In this document: positions 30,685 to 41,161 of the stretch, piece by piece
Layout of the letters: every line of letters starts with the position of its first letter
Position numbering within the stretch: the stretch's first letter is position 1
NCBI GenBank assembly: GCA_964361785.1
Contig: CAYIBX010000001.1
Span: 5,857 to 69,856, forward strand
Source: an uncultured Gammaproteobacteria bacterium
GTDB taxonomy: Bacteria; Patescibacteriota; Microgenomatia; UBA10105; UBA927
Direction of reading: 5' to 3'
Length of the DNA stretch: 64,000 bases
Notes under the pieces: generated by a model
What the model was told of the DNA's origin: nothing
What the model saw: the letters and a program-made list of their open reading frames with translations, nothing else
Databases searched by the model: none
Position numbers and translations under genes: made by a program

Positions 30685-31467
30685 ATGAAGACTATTATTT
30701 TATCCGGTGGATTAGGATACAGATTAAAGGAAGAAACGGAGTTTAAACCAAAGCCAATGGTGCTTATTGGTGGAAAGCCTATTTTGTGGCATATCATGAA
30801 GATTTATGCGCATCATGGCTTTAACGAATTTATTATTGCATTAGGATATAAAGGTGATTACATAAAAGATTATTTCTTAAATCAAAAATATTTTTTGCAT
30901 GATTTTACGCTTCACACAAAAACAGGAGCAACGAAGATTCATAGGGATAAGACGGATGGAAAGTTAATTGATGATTTTAAAATTACCTTCGTTGATACCG
31001 GTCAGGAAACGTTACCCGGAGAGAGAATATTGCGATGTAAGGATTACATTCCTGCTGATGAAGATTTTATGGTGACGTATGGAGACGGGGTAGGCGATAT
31101 AAATATCTCTAAACTCGTCGCATTTCACAAAAAAATGAAGACAATTGGTACGATTAGCGGCGTTCATCCAAGAAGTAAATATGGACTCATACAGCTCGGT
31201 GTTAAACGGGCGGTATTTCAGTTTAAGGAAAAGCCGGTACTCAAGGACTGGATTAACGGTGGCTTTATGATTTTTAACAGAAAGTTTTTTGATAATTTGC
31301 GGGAAGGTGAAACTGAGCACCCAGCGCTTCAACGCCTAGCGAAACAACAACAGCTATCGATGTATCAACATGAAGGATTTTGGCACTGCATGGACACATA
31401 TGCTGATGTAGAGCATTTGAATGCATATTGGCAAGATACCCAACCATGGAAGCTATGGGAAAATTAA
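30685..31467 (+). CDS. rfbF: Glucose-1-phosphate cytidylyltransferase
   Basis: 'MKTIILSGGLGYRLKEETEFKPKPMVLIGGKPILWHIMKIYAHHG' is nearly collinear with the RfbF/DdhA N-terminus. 260 aa. Confidence 0.85.
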   Translation: MKTIILSGGLGYRLKEETEFKPKPMVLIGGKPILWHIMKIYAHHGFNEFIIALGYKGDYIKDYFLNQKYFLHDFTLHTKTGATKIHRDKTDGKLIDDFKITFVDTGQETLPGERILRCKDYIPADEDFMVTYGDGVGDINISKLVAFHKKMKTIGTISGVHPRSKYGLIQLGVKRAVFQFKEKPVLKDWINGGFMIFNRKFFDNLREGETEHPALQRLAKQQQLSMYQHEGFWHCMDTYADVEHLNAYWQDTQPWKLWEN

Positions 31468-32405
31468 AAGGCAAAATTTTTTTGGTTACTGGTGGCACAG
31501 GATTTGTTGGAAGCCATTTAGTAGAATCCCTTATCTCTGAAGGATCTCGTGTAATCGTGCCTTTTCGAAGTCTTGATCCAAGTTCATATTTTACCACACA
31601 AAAACTTGCAAAGAAAGTAACGCTTGTTTCAGGTGATCTCAAAGACTTTTCTCGAATGTTTGACATTGTAACCAAATATGAAATAGATTATATTTTTCAT
31701 TTAGGGGCACAGGCGATTGTCACTACGGCGTATAATAATCCACGAGAAACCATCGTCACAAACGTTTTGGGGACCACGAATATACTTGAGGCGGCACGAC
31801 TCTATGGAAGAGTTAAGGGTATAATAGTCGCTTCGTCTGACAAAGCGTATGGCAAGTCAACAGGAAAGTATGTTGAGTCTGATCCCCTTCGTGGCGATCA
31901 TCCATATGAGGTTTCAAAATCTTCTGCAGATTTAATTTCTTTTGCGTACGCTAAGACTTATAATATGCCCATTGTAGTAACTCGATTTGGTAATATATAC
32001 GGAGAAGGGGATTTAAATTTTAACAGAATTATTCCGAGCGTGTTAAAATCCATAATAACTAATTCGATGCTTGAAGTTAGAAGTGACGGAACATTTGTGC
32101 GTGATTACGTATACATAAAGGATGTAGTAGCCGGATATAGAGTTCTTCTTGATCATATTGATAAGGTTGGAGGAGAAGCATATAATTTTTCATCAGATGA
32201 TTCGTTAACAGTTCTTGAGGTTATCAAGACGATCGAAACAATATTGAAGAAAAAGGTACAATACTCGATTCTTAATACACAGCAAAATGAAATACCCTAC
32301 CAGTCATTAAATTTTGACAAGGTGAAAGGATTGGGATACGCTCCATCGTACACGTTGAAAAAAATCTTAGCGAAAGTATATTTGTGGTATTTAAATAATA
32401 TATGA
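31428..32405 (+). CDS. rfbG: CDP-glucose 4,6-dehydratase-like SDR
   Basis: '[21 protein letters not shown]' and 'YEVSKSSAD'. It lies between two cytidylyltransferases. The true start may be the ATG at 31455. Confidence 0.6.
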   Translation: MARYPTMEAMGKLKGKIFLVTGGTGFVGSHLVESLISEGSRVIVPFRSLDPSSYFTTQKLAKKVTLVSGDLKDFSRMFDIVTKYEIDYIFHLGAQAIVTTAYNNPRETIVTNVLGTTNILEAARLYGRVKGIIVASSDKAYGKSTGKYVESDPLRGDHPYEVSKSSADLISFAYAKTYNMPIVVTRFGNIYGEGDLNFNRIIPSVLKSIITNSMLEVRSDGTFVRDYVYIKDVVAGYRVLLDHIDKVGGEAYNFSSDDSLTVLEVIKTIETILKKKVQYSILNTQQNEIPYQSLNFDKVKGLGYAPSYTLKKILAKVYLWYLNNI

Positions 32406-33187
32406 AAGTAATTATTTTATGCGGCGGGCGGGGTATACGACTTTTTGATGAGTCTGTGTATATTCCTAAGGGGATGGTTCGACTTGGGTATCGGCCAATA
32501 TTGTGGCACATCATGAAGCGTTTTGCTTTAGCAGGTCATACTGATTTTATCCTTGCATTAGGCACGAAAGGAGAGCTTATCCGAGATTACTTTTTGCATT
32601 ACGACAGATACGTAGCGGATACACAAATCACTCTTGGATCAGAAAAGATTGAAATATTGTCGAAACATCAGGAAGAAAAATGGCGTATTACTTTTGTGGA
32701 TACGGGCGAGAATTCTAATTCAGGATCCCGGATACACAGATGCAAAGAATATATTCAGGATGAAGATTTTTTTATTACCTACGCGGATACTCTAGCGGAT
32801 GTGGATATCCCCAGATTAGTCCAATTTCACAAAAAATTAAATAAAACTCTCACACTTACGGGTGTTATACCGCCATATCGCGAAGGAGAGTATATCGTAG
32901 AGAAGAATTTAATCACAGGTCCGTATGACGCAAAGAAAGATGTTGCGGTAAAGCGTCAGAGGTATGTGAATGGCGGATATATGATGGCAAACACTAAGCT
33001 CATGTCATATTTGACATCTTTTAGTGAATGCCGTTTAGAATCGGAAGTGTTTACGAATTTAATAAAAGAAAATCAACTTGCGTTATTTCCACATCATAAA
33101 TTTTGGCGATGGCTTGATACGGATAGGGATTATCTTTATTTGCAGGAATTAGTGGATAAAAACGCAATGTATTGGTTGCAGGAATAA
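32402..33187 (+). CDS. Glucose-1-phosphate cytidylyltransferase, second paralog
   Basis: 'MKVIILCGGRGIRLFDESVYIPKGMVRLGYRPILWHIMKRFALAGH'. Confidence 0.8.
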   Translation: MKVIILCGGRGIRLFDESVYIPKGMVRLGYRPILWHIMKRFALAGHTDFILALGTKGELIRDYFLHYDRYVADTQITLGSEKIEILSKHQEEKWRITFVDTGENSNSGSRIHRCKEYIQDEDFFITYADTLADVDIPRLVQFHKKLNKTLTLTGVIPPYREGEYIVEKNLITGPYDAKKDVAVKRQRYVNGGYMMANTKLMSYLTSFSECRLESEVFTNLIKENQLALFPHHKFWRWLDTDRDYLYLQELVDKNAMYWLQE

Positions 33188-33200
33188 GGAGTAATGCTCT

Positions 33201-33737
33201 ATGAGTAAGGAACAGAGAGTTGTTATGATTGCCGGTAATGGATTCGACGAAGTGGAAGTAAAAGTTCCGATGGAATATCTGCCAAAGAATGGTATTGAAC
33301 TTGATCTGGCCACGCTATACAGAACTGCCGACGTGCCGATAGAAGGAAAAAAGGGGTATCGGATAGAGCCGACCGTACATGTTTCTGATTTAAAGCCGGA
33401 AAATTATGATGCGGTATTGCTCCCTGGCGGGCATGAGGGGCCGGACCGCGTACGCGGAAATGAGACGGTCATTAAATTCGTTCAGGACATGAATGCATCT
33501 GGAAAGATCGTTGCGGCGATTTGCCATGGGCCATGGGTGCTTTGTACTGCCGAAATTCTTCATGGAAAAAAAGCGACATGTTACCCTGCTATGAAAGCCG
33601 ATCTTGTTCATGCAGGAGCTATATATGTTTCTGAAAATGTTGTGGCAGATGGAAATCTTATTACAGCAGACAGACCAGAAACGAGTGAGGCGTGGTGTAA
33701 TAAAATCGTAGAAGTTTTACATAAGAAACAAGAATGA
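33201..33737 (+). CDS. DJ-1/PfpI family protein
   Basis: 'AAICHGPWVL' nucleophile-elbow motif. An AAGGAG RBS lies 9 nt upstream. Confidence 0.8.
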   Translation: MSKEQRVVMIAGNGFDEVEVKVPMEYLPKNGIELDLATLYRTADVPIEGKKGYRIEPTVHVSDLKPENYDAVLLPGGHEGPDRVRGNETVIKFVQDMNASGKIVAAICHGPWVLCTAEILHGKKATCYPAMKADLVHAGAIYVSENVVADGNLITADRPETSEAWCNKIVEVLHKKQE

Positions 33738-33787
33738 GGACGCAGCATCCTGATTGAGCGTTTTATTATTCATGATTTCCCATTTTT

Positions 33788-34558
33788 ATGATCAATCGCT
33801 TTTATAGGTCGAAATTTGATATCGAAAATTTGTCCAAACTTCGTACCTCAATTCCTACAGATGTCGATAATTTTAACTATCGGGGTATTGTGGTTAATAA
33901 ACCATGGGGATATGAATATCTATTGTATGAAAATCATGATGTCGCAGCGTGGGTATTGCATTTAAATAATAATCATAAAACATCTATGCATTGTCATCCT
34001 AATAAAAAAACGTCTCTTATAGTTGTTTCAGGTGAAGTTGTATGTAGTACTCTTGAGGGTTGGCTAACGAGAAAGCAGGGAGATGGAATAATCATTGAGG
34101 AAGGGGTATTTCATACCACGCGTGCAGTTTCCAAAGGTGGGGCGCTCGTTATAGAAGTGGAATGTCCACCGAATAAAAAAGATCTTGTTAGGCTAAAAGA
34201 TGCGTATGGTAGGGAAGATCAGGGATATGAGGGAGCCTCTCAAATGTCAAAGAATCTCGACGCATATACCTATGTAGATTTTCATACATATTCCAATGGC
34301 AAAAAAATGGAAAAATTACTTGATCACACAACGCTTACAATTGCTCATCATCCATATACCAAAGACGTTGGTGAATGTATTCGAAAAGCACGCGGGGAGC
34401 TTTTTTGTTTACTCAAGGGGAAGCTGCATGATGTTGATGGTCGATTGATTTTATCTGCTGGTGAAGTGGCGTTAGTTTCTTCATTGCGCAATATGACACA
34501 CATAGAAAATTTCTCTGATATACTCTATCTCACCTTATCTTATGGCAAAAACAGTTAA
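33788..34558 (+). CDS. Cupin-domain protein
   Basis: 'HCHPNKKTSLIVVSGEV' cupin motif. Confidence 0.5.
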   Translation: MINRFYRSKFDIENLSKLRTSIPTDVDNFNYRGIVVNKPWGYEYLLYENHDVAAWVLHLNNNHKTSMHCHPNKKTSLIVVSGEVVCSTLEGWLTRKQGDGIIIEEGVFHTTRAVSKGGALVIEVECPPNKKDLVRLKDAYGREDQGYEGASQMSKNLDAYTYVDFHTYSNGKKMEKLLDHTTLTIAHHPYTKDVGECIRKARGELFCLLKGKLHDVDGRLILSAGEVALVSSLRNMTHIENFSDILYLTLSYGKNS

Positions 34559-36356
34559 ACTCTCAGATTATATCGTCTCATTTTTTGTAAATAACGGCAT
34601 TCGTGACGCGTTTATGGTGACTGGTGGCGGGGCTATGCATCTGAATGAATCGTTTGGTAATAATCCGCGTTTACGATATTGGTGTAATCATCATGAGCAG
34701 GCTTCGGCAATAGGAGCAGAAGGATATACTCGGCTTTCTGGAAAAATTGCCGCTGTACAGGTTACTACTGGACCGGGAGGAACGAACGCAATTACCGGAC
34801 TTATAGGTATGTGGCTTGATTCTATTCCCGGTCTGTATATTTCCGGTCAGGCGAAGTTAGAGATGACGGTAGGTGATACCAAAGTCCGGCAAATCGGTTT
34901 ACAGGAAATACCGATTGTTCCGGTTGTTCAATCAATTACTAAATATGCGGTCATGATTACGGATCCGAATAAGATTAAATATCATTTAGAAAAAGCTTTA
35001 TATTTGGCTACAACTGGCCGACCAGGACCCTGTTGGATAGATGTTCCTCTCGATATACAGGCAGCAATGATTGATCCGGAGAGTTTGCCGGCATTCTCTC
35101 CGAATGAAGTTTCTATTGATATCGATAGTGAAACATCACTTCAGAATGCAGTAGATAAAACTGTGACGCTTTTAAAAATCAAGAAGCGCCCGGTGATGCT
35201 CGCCGGTAACGGAATTCGTCTTTCCGGCGCAGCTGATTTATTTCTTCGACTTGCTGAACGTCTCAACATACCTGTATTGACTGCGGTAACGGCTCATGAC
35301 TTGATCCCATCAGATCACCCGCTTTTCTTCGGCCGCCCGGCATTATTTGGTGAGCGCGTAGGAAATTTTGTCGTGCAGAATTGTGACTTACTGATCAGTA
35401 TCGGTACACGACTTTCGACGTGGACCATTTCGTATGCCTATGACACGTTTGCGCGTGCTGCTACACACGTTATGGTGGATATTGACCGAGAGGAACTCAA
35501 AAAGAAAACAGTACATCCAGATATACTAGTTTGTGCCGACGCAAAGATATTTATAGAAAGATTAAGTCAACAAACAAAAAATACCATATTTCCTCACCGT
35601 GAGGAATGGTTTGATTACTGCAAAAGAATCAGAACGGCATATCCTGCAGTGACGACTGAAATGAAGAGTCAAAAAAAATATGTTAATTCTTATTATTTTA
35701 TGGACGTGCTTTCAGATTGTATGAAGGAAAATGAAGTTATCGTTGTGGGTGATGGCACGGCATTTACGTGTACTTATCAGAGTATCCGAATTAAAAAAGG
35801 CCAACGCCTGATCGGAAACATCGGTTCTGCTCCGATGGGATATGATATCTCTGCAGCAATCGGTGCTTGTATTGCCAATGGGAAAAAACGAGTTGTATGT
35901 ATAGCAGGTGACGGGAGTATTCAGCTTAATATCCAGGAATTGCAGACAATTGTGCATCATAAATTTCCGATAAAAATATTTCTTATCAATAATAATGGAT
36001 ATCTTGCGATACGTAACACGCAAAAGAATTTTTTTAATCATCTTGTAGGAGAGGGTCCTAAAAGTGGTATTAGCTTTCCTAATATGCAAAAAATTGCAAA
36101 AGCGTATGGAATTACATCTGATCGTGTATCGACACATAAGAGCTTAAAGAAAAAGATACAAAAGGCACTTGCGGCACGCGGGCCCTATATACTTGAGATA
36201 ATGATGGATCCATGGCAGCCGTTAATTCCGAAAGTTTCTTCATATGTGCGTGCAGATGGTAAGCTCATCTCTAAGCCTATGGAAGATATGTGGCCATTTT
36301 TACCCCGAGAAGAGTTTCTAAAGAATATGATCGTTCCTCCCTTGAATGAGACATGA
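34542..36356 (+). CDS. Thiamine-diphosphate-dependent enzyme (acetolactate synthase/YerE-like)
   Basis: 'TGPGGTNAITGL' and the ThDP-binding motif 'IAGDGSIQLNIQEL...NN'. 604 aa. Confidence 0.8.
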   Translation: MAKTVKLSDYIVSFFVNNGIRDAFMVTGGGAMHLNESFGNNPRLRYWCNHHEQASAIGAEGYTRLSGKIAAVQVTTGPGGTNAITGLIGMWLDSIPGLYISGQAKLEMTVGDTKVRQIGLQEIPIVPVVQSITKYAVMITDPNKIKYHLEKALYLATTGRPGPCWIDVPLDIQAAMIDPESLPAFSPNEVSIDIDSETSLQNAVDKTVTLLKIKKRPVMLAGNGIRLSGAADLFLRLAERLNIPVLTAVTAHDLIPSDHPLFFGRPALFGERVGNFVVQNCDLLISIGTRLSTWTISYAYDTFARAATHVMVDIDREELKKKTVHPDILVCADAKIFIERLSQQTKNTIFPHREEWFDYCKRIRTAYPAVTTEMKSQKKYVNSYYFMDVLSDCMKENEVIVVGDGTAFTCTYQSIRIKKGQRLIGNIGSAPMGYDISAAIGACIANGKKRVVCIAGDGSIQLNIQELQTIVHHKFPIKIFLINNNGYLAIRNTQKNFFNHLVGEGPKSGISFPNMQKIAKAYGITSDRVSTHKSLKKKIQKALAARGPYILEIMMDPWQPLIPKVSSYVRADGKLISKPMEDMWPFLPREEFLKNMIVPPLNET

Positions 36357-37326
36357 ACATATGAAAATAGCTTTTTTTGACCTTCTACAATCTGAGCAGA
36401 GAGTATTCAAAATAATTTCTGCAAATTACGATTGTGTGTTTAATAAATCGTCACTTACGAAACAAATTGCCTCCACAATTTCTGACACGCAAGTTCTCTA
36501 CATACGAAGTATTGCAAAACTTACAAAAGAAATACTTGTTGAGCTTCCACAACTGGAATTTATCACGACAAGATCGACAGGGTTTGATCATATCGACCTA
36601 GAGTACTGCAAGAAACATAAGATAGTAGTCTCGAGTGTTCCGACGTATGCCACGAATGCAGTTGCTGAGCATACATTTGCATTATTGCTCGGGTTATCCA
36701 GAAAACTATTATTGTGCATCAATCAAACGAAGCATGGCATTGTCGACGCAGAAAAATTGCGCGGGTTTGAATTGAAAGGCAAGACATTGGGAGTTATAGG
36801 ATTTGGAAACATAGGTTCACGGGTCGTTGAAATAGCGCGCGGATTTGACATGCATATACTTGTTACGACAAAACATCCGAGCACTTCGCGCGCAAATAAG
36901 CATAGAGTTCAGTTTGTCGATCTACCAACATTATTACAAAAAAGCGATATCGTAAGTCTTCATGTGCCGCTGACTGATGAAACCAAACATATGATCAATC
37001 AAAACAATATACACCTATTTAAAAAAGATAGTATCCTTATCAATACTTCAAGGGGACCGGTAGTAGATACAGATGCATTAATTTTAGGTTTAGAGACAGG
37101 TGTGCTCGCAGGAGCGGGGATTGATGTTTTGGAAGATGAGCGCGTGTTTAAACGTAAATATCGCACTCTGCGTAATAGGTCGCGGTTTCTTTTGGAACAT
37201 AACAACGTTATTATTACACCGCATAATGCATATAATACCAAAGAAGCATATCAAACCATTTTAAATCTTAGTGCAGAAAATATTAGTGCTTATATAAAAG
37301 GAAAACCAATAAATCGGGTACTATAA
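36346..37326 (+). CDS. D-isomer-specific 2-hydroxyacid dehydrogenase family, NAD-binding
   Basis: 'GKTLGVIGFGNIGSRVVEIARGFDMHIL'. Confidence 0.75.
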   Translation: MRHEHMKIAFFDLLQSEQRVFKIISANYDCVFNKSSLTKQIASTISDTQVLYIRSIAKLTKEILVELPQLEFITTRSTGFDHIDLEYCKKHKIVVSSVPTYATNAVAEHTFALLLGLSRKLLLCINQTKHGIVDAEKLRGFELKGKTLGVIGFGNIGSRVVEIARGFDMHILVTTKHPSTSRANKHRVQFVDLPTLLQKSDIVSLHVPLTDETKHMINQNNIHLFKKDSILINTSRGPVVDTDALILGLETGVLAGAGIDVLEDERVFKRKYRTLRNRSRFLLEHNNVIITPHNAYNTKEAYQTILNLSAENISAYIKGKPINRVL

Positions 37327-37328
37327 AA

Positions 37329-37964
37329 TTGGTTATGATAAAAGCTGTGTTATTTGATTACGATGGTGTTCTTGCTGATACTATGAGGGACAATGATATT
37401 GCGTGGAAAAACGCGTTTGCTAAACAAGGGGTGACATTGGGGATTATGGAGTATCTACTGCTTGAGGGAATGACTCCACACGCTATAGCTACCAAACTTA
37501 CAAAAGACCATGGTCTTTCTGAGAGCGTTATAGCTGATATCATAGAAGATAAGAAAAAATATTATAAGGAAAATAATTCTTTTCGATTGTATCCAGGTGT
37601 TCAAAAATTTATCACGTCACTTCACCATCGAGGTATCAAACTTGCTTTGGTTTCAGGAGCAGCATCTCATCGTATAGAAGAGATGACTCCGAAAGAATTG
37701 CTTGTGCTTTTTGATGTCATCATAACGGCTGATGATGAAATTGCGTCAAAACCAAATCCTGATCCATATTTGAAAGCATTGAAAAAGATTGGAGTATCGG
37801 CCAACGAAGCTGTTGTCGTCGAAAATGCTCCATTAGGTATACAATCGGCAAGAGCGGCCGCTATTTACTGTATTGCCGTAACATCAACCCTTCCCGAAAT
37901 AGTGTTAAAAAATGCAGATAGAGTTGTACAAGATTTTAATGAGTTATCATCTGTTATTGAATAA
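37329..37964 (+). CDS. HAD-superfamily hydrolase (beta-phosphoglucomutase-like)
   Basis: 'IKAVLFDYDGVLADT' motif I. Confidence 0.75.
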   Translation: MVMIKAVLFDYDGVLADTMRDNDIAWKNAFAKQGVTLGIMEYLLLEGMTPHAIATKLTKDHGLSESVIADIIEDKKKYYKENNSFRLYPGVQKFITSLHHRGIKLALVSGAASHRIEEMTPKELLVLFDVIITADDEIASKPNPDPYLKALKKIGVSANEAVVVENAPLGIQSARAAAIYCIAVTSTLPEIVLKNADRVVQDFNELSSVIE

Positions 37965-37969
37965 TATAT

Positions 37970-38848
37970 ATGAAGACTCGAATTTTTCTTACGGGAGGCA
38001 GCGGTTTTATTGGAAGAAATATTTTAGAGCAGCTAGGTGAAAAGTACGCTATTGTAGCTCCCACACATACGCAGTTGGATCTTGGAAATGTTGACAGAGT
38101 GGAAGCTTTTTTAAAACAGTATCCTGTGGATGTTGTAGTGCACACGGCAAATATAGGGGGAAATATAGCAGAAAAGAATATATCTGGCGTCATGGCATAT
38201 AATTTACGTATTTTTTTTAATCTTGTACATAATCATAGATATTTCAAAAAGTTTATTTATTTAGGTTCAGGTGCACAATACGGAAAACAGTCATCAATTA
38301 TACGTGTGCGTGAAGAAGAATTGGATACGCGCATACCATCTGACGAGTTCGCATTGTACAAATATGTGTGTGCACAATTTATAGAAGGTACACCACTAAA
38401 CACGGTAAATCTCAGTATTTTCGGAATATATGGAAAATATGAAGAATATGCGTTTCGATTTATTTCACAGAGCCTTTGTCGCGCGTTGTTTGATTTACCA
38501 ATTGTAATAAAACAAAATGTTAAATTTGACTATATTTATGTAGATGATTTTATTCGTATCCTTGAGTATTTTATAGAACATGATCAACAATATCGAACAT
38601 ATAACATCGGGACCGGCATACCGATTGATCTGGTTACAATAGCCCAGCGTATTGTTATAATTACAAAAAAGAATATCCCTATACTTTTTGAAAAGAAGGG
38701 GCTGAATTTAGAGTATACATGCGACACAGCTAGACTACGCAAAGAATTGTCTGGCTTTCAATATACAGATTTTGACACAGCACTGTCTCGGCTCTACGAT
38801 TGGTATAAGAATAGGAAAACGTTATTGCGGAAGGAATTACTCATTTAA
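37970..38848 (+). CDS. NAD-dependent epimerase/dehydratase (SDR)
   Basis: 'RIFLTGGSGFIGRNILEQL'. Confidence 0.65.
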   Translation: MKTRIFLTGGSGFIGRNILEQLGEKYAIVAPTHTQLDLGNVDRVEAFLKQYPVDVVVHTANIGGNIAEKNISGVMAYNLRIFFNLVHNHRYFKKFIYLGSGAQYGKQSSIIRVREEELDTRIPSDEFALYKYVCAQFIEGTPLNTVNLSIFGIYGKYEEYAFRFISQSLCRALFDLPIVIKQNVKFDYIYVDDFIRILEYFIEHDQQYRTYNIGTGIPIDLVTIAQRIVIITKKNIPILFEKKGLNLEYTCDTARLRKELSGFQYTDFDTALSRLYDWYKNRKTLLRKELLI

Positions 38849-38852
38849 TATT

Positions 38853-39752
38853 ATGATGAAAAAAATTACAGATTCTCAATATTTTATTAGATTGTATCTC
38901 TATTATTTTGTATTTCAGGCACTACTGAAAAGTGTGTTGCCAACACTTCTTAATACAGAATTAAGCTTGTTTCGACGGTTACACACCCTCGCGTTGGAGA
39001 CTAGATTTTTTTTGAAAGCAGTATATATAAAATTATTTAGGATTCATGTAACGCATGAATCGTTTTTTGGCTATACAATGGAATTTCCTAATTACCTAGA
39101 ATTTGCGCTCCTTTTTATCGAGATATTCGGTATTCAAGAATATAAACTGAATAAGGAGAAAAACCGCATGATGATTATTGATTGTGGCAGCAGTTGGGGT
39201 ATGTCCCTGCTATATTTTAAACATATTTGTCCAGATGCGAAGATCGTTGCGCTTGAAGCAAATAAAAATACTGTTACTTACTTAATTAAGAATATAAAGA
39301 CGAATCACTTACATGATGTTCGGGTGCAGGTAGCATTTGTGACGGGTTTGAAAAAAAAGAATCATTCGTTTTATACATTTCAATCCAATGACGGATGGTC
39401 AGTCTCGGATACCGGAGCCTCTGATTTCGTTGAAGGACGAAAAGATTTGGTGGTTTCTCAGGTGAGGTCGATTCGTTTATCGCAGTTTCTTGGATCAAAA
39501 AAAGTAGATGTCGTGAAGCTTGATATAGAAGGTATGGAAGGGGAGGTTCTAGCGGAATCAAGGAATTATTTAGATCGCGTTGGGGAGTTTGTCATAGAAT
39601 ATCATCCAGGAATGAATAAGAAAAAAAATTCGTTGAAGAGAATCCTCACGTTATTGGAATTAAATAATTTTATCGTGAATGTTAATAATACAAAATCTAT
39701 CATAACAAATGAACATTCATTGAAAATGATACATGCAATGCGTAAAAAATAG
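38853..39752 (+). CDS. FkbM-family methyltransferase
   Basis: 'MIIDCGSSWGMSLLYF...VVKLDIEGMEGEVL'. Start at the internal ATG, 'MMKKITDSQY'. Confidence 0.65.
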   Translation: MMKKITDSQYFIRLYLYYFVFQALLKSVLPTLLNTELSLFRRLHTLALETRFFLKAVYIKLFRIHVTHESFFGYTMEFPNYLEFALLFIEIFGIQEYKLNKEKNRMMIIDCGSSWGMSLLYFKHICPDAKIVALEANKNTVTYLIKNIKTNHLHDVRVQVAFVTGLKKKNHSFYTFQSNDGWSVSDTGASDFVEGRKDLVVSQVRSIRLSQFLGSKKVDVVKLDIEGMEGEVLAESRNYLDRVGEFVIEYHPGMNKKKNSLKRILTLLELNNFIVNVNNTKSIITNEHSLKMIHAMRKK

Positions 39753-39816
39753 TTTCTTCAATTTTAAAAATATGACTGTTAGAGTTTCACGGGAAAAAAT
39801 TGTTTAAACGTCTGTT

Positions 39817-39844
39817 TGTGATTTGATCTATACCTCGATACAAT
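39817..39844 (+). promoter_or_regulatory. Candidate promoter TTGATC-16-TACAAT upstream of the RfbH-like gene
   Basis: Read in the 103-nt intergenic gap. -10 'tacaat' at 39839-39844, 11 nt before the ATG at 39856. Confidence 0.35.
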
Positions 39845-39855
39845 AGCATCCATAT

Positions 39856-41154
39856 ATGAAAATCGCATTAGCCTCACACATTCGTGCACATTATAAAGCT
39901 ACATTTAACAAATCGAAATTTATTCCAAACGTAACCCCTGTGCCGGTTTCGGGGAAAGTGTTTGATGAAAAAGAAATGATAAACGGCATAGAAGCCGTGC
40001 TTGATGGCTGGTGGACAGAGGGACGATTTGCTGAAAGTTTTGAACGAAAGTTTCGAGATTATCTCGGGGTGAAATATGTAAGCTTGGTGAATTCTGGATC
40101 GTCTGCAAATCTTATCGCACTCTCGGCTCTTACGAGTAATGTGTTTGGTGAACGGGCATTAAAGGTGGGTGATGAGGTGATTACCGTCGCCACAGGATTT
40201 CCTACTACTGTGAATCCAATTTTACAAAATGGTCTTATACCAGTATTTATCGATAATGATTTAGGGACAAAGAATGCGACGGTGCAGGCGATACGAAAAG
40301 CGATAACTCCTAAAACCAAAGCCATCATGATGGCGCACACACTCGGTAATCCTATCCCGCTAAGCGGGATTATGGAACTTGTGAAAAAGCACAATCTTTG
40401 GTTTATAGAAGATTGTTGTGACGCGTTAGGATCTACATACAATGGAAAGTTAGTTTCGACTTTTGGACATGTCGCGACGTTTTCATTTTATCCTGCTCAC
40501 CAAATTACGACGGGTGAAGGAGGAGCGGTAGTAACCAGTAATCCGTTTATCCATAAAGCGATACGGCAGTTTCGAGATTGGGGAAGGGATTGTTGGTGTG
40601 ACACGGGGAAAGATAATACCTGCGGCAAACGTTTTCGTTGGCAGCTTGGAGATTTACCATTTGGGTATGATCATAAGTATATCTATTCGCAGGTTGGATA
40701 TAATCTAAAACTTACTGATATGCAGGCAGCTATAGGACTGGCACAGCTTGATAAGTTGCCGAAATTTATAAAGGCAAGAAAAGCCAACTACCAGGCGTTG
40801 CTAAAAGGACTATCCAAGTATAAAAAATATTTCTTGTTTATGGATGTAGAAAAGGGAGCTGATCCCTGTTGGTTTGGATTTCCTATAGTCATTGCTGATG
40901 GTGCACCATTTACTAGGTTGGAGCTTGTAGAGTGGCTCGAGGATCATAAGATAGGGACGCGAAATCTATTTGCTGGTAATTTATTAAAACATCCGGCATA
41001 TCGTGGAAGAAAGGATATGCGAGTCGTGGGTCTGTTATCCAATTCCGATAAAATTATGAATGATGGATTTTGGATTGGTGTGTATCCAGGAATCACTCCT
41101 AATATGTTCTCCTATGTGATCTCCGTAATAAGCGAGTTTATATCCCAGTATTAA
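39856..41154 (+). CDS. rfbH: CDP-6-deoxy-D-xylo-4-hexulose 3-dehydrase (E1)-like, DegT family
   Basis: 'VNSGSSANLIALSALTSNVFGERALKVGDEVITVATGFPTTVNPILQNGLIPVFIDNDLGT' is collinear with RfbH/DdhC. 432 aa. Confidence 0.8.
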   Translation: MKIALASHIRAHYKATFNKSKFIPNVTPVPVSGKVFDEKEMINGIEAVLDGWWTEGRFAESFERKFRDYLGVKYVSLVNSGSSANLIALSALTSNVFGERALKVGDEVITVATGFPTTVNPILQNGLIPVFIDNDLGTKNATVQAIRKAITPKTKAIMMAHTLGNPIPLSGIMELVKKHNLWFIEDCCDALGSTYNGKLVSTFGHVATFSFYPAHQITTGEGGAVVTSNPFIHKAIRQFRDWGRDCWCDTGKDNTCGKRFRWQLGDLPFGYDHKYIYSQVGYNLKLTDMQAAIGLAQLDKLPKFIKARKANYQALLKGLSKYKKYFLFMDVEKGADPCWFGFPIVIADGAPFTRLELVEWLEDHKIGTRNLFAGNLLKHPAYRGRKDMRVVGLLSNSDKIMNDGFWIGVYPGITPNMFSYVISVISEFISQY

Positions 41155-41161
41155 AGTATCT

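Noticed and set aside
33738-33787. Possible terminator hairpin after the PfpI gene (agga-cgcagca-tcct then T-rich)
   Set aside because: The stem is only 4 bp, too weak to call.
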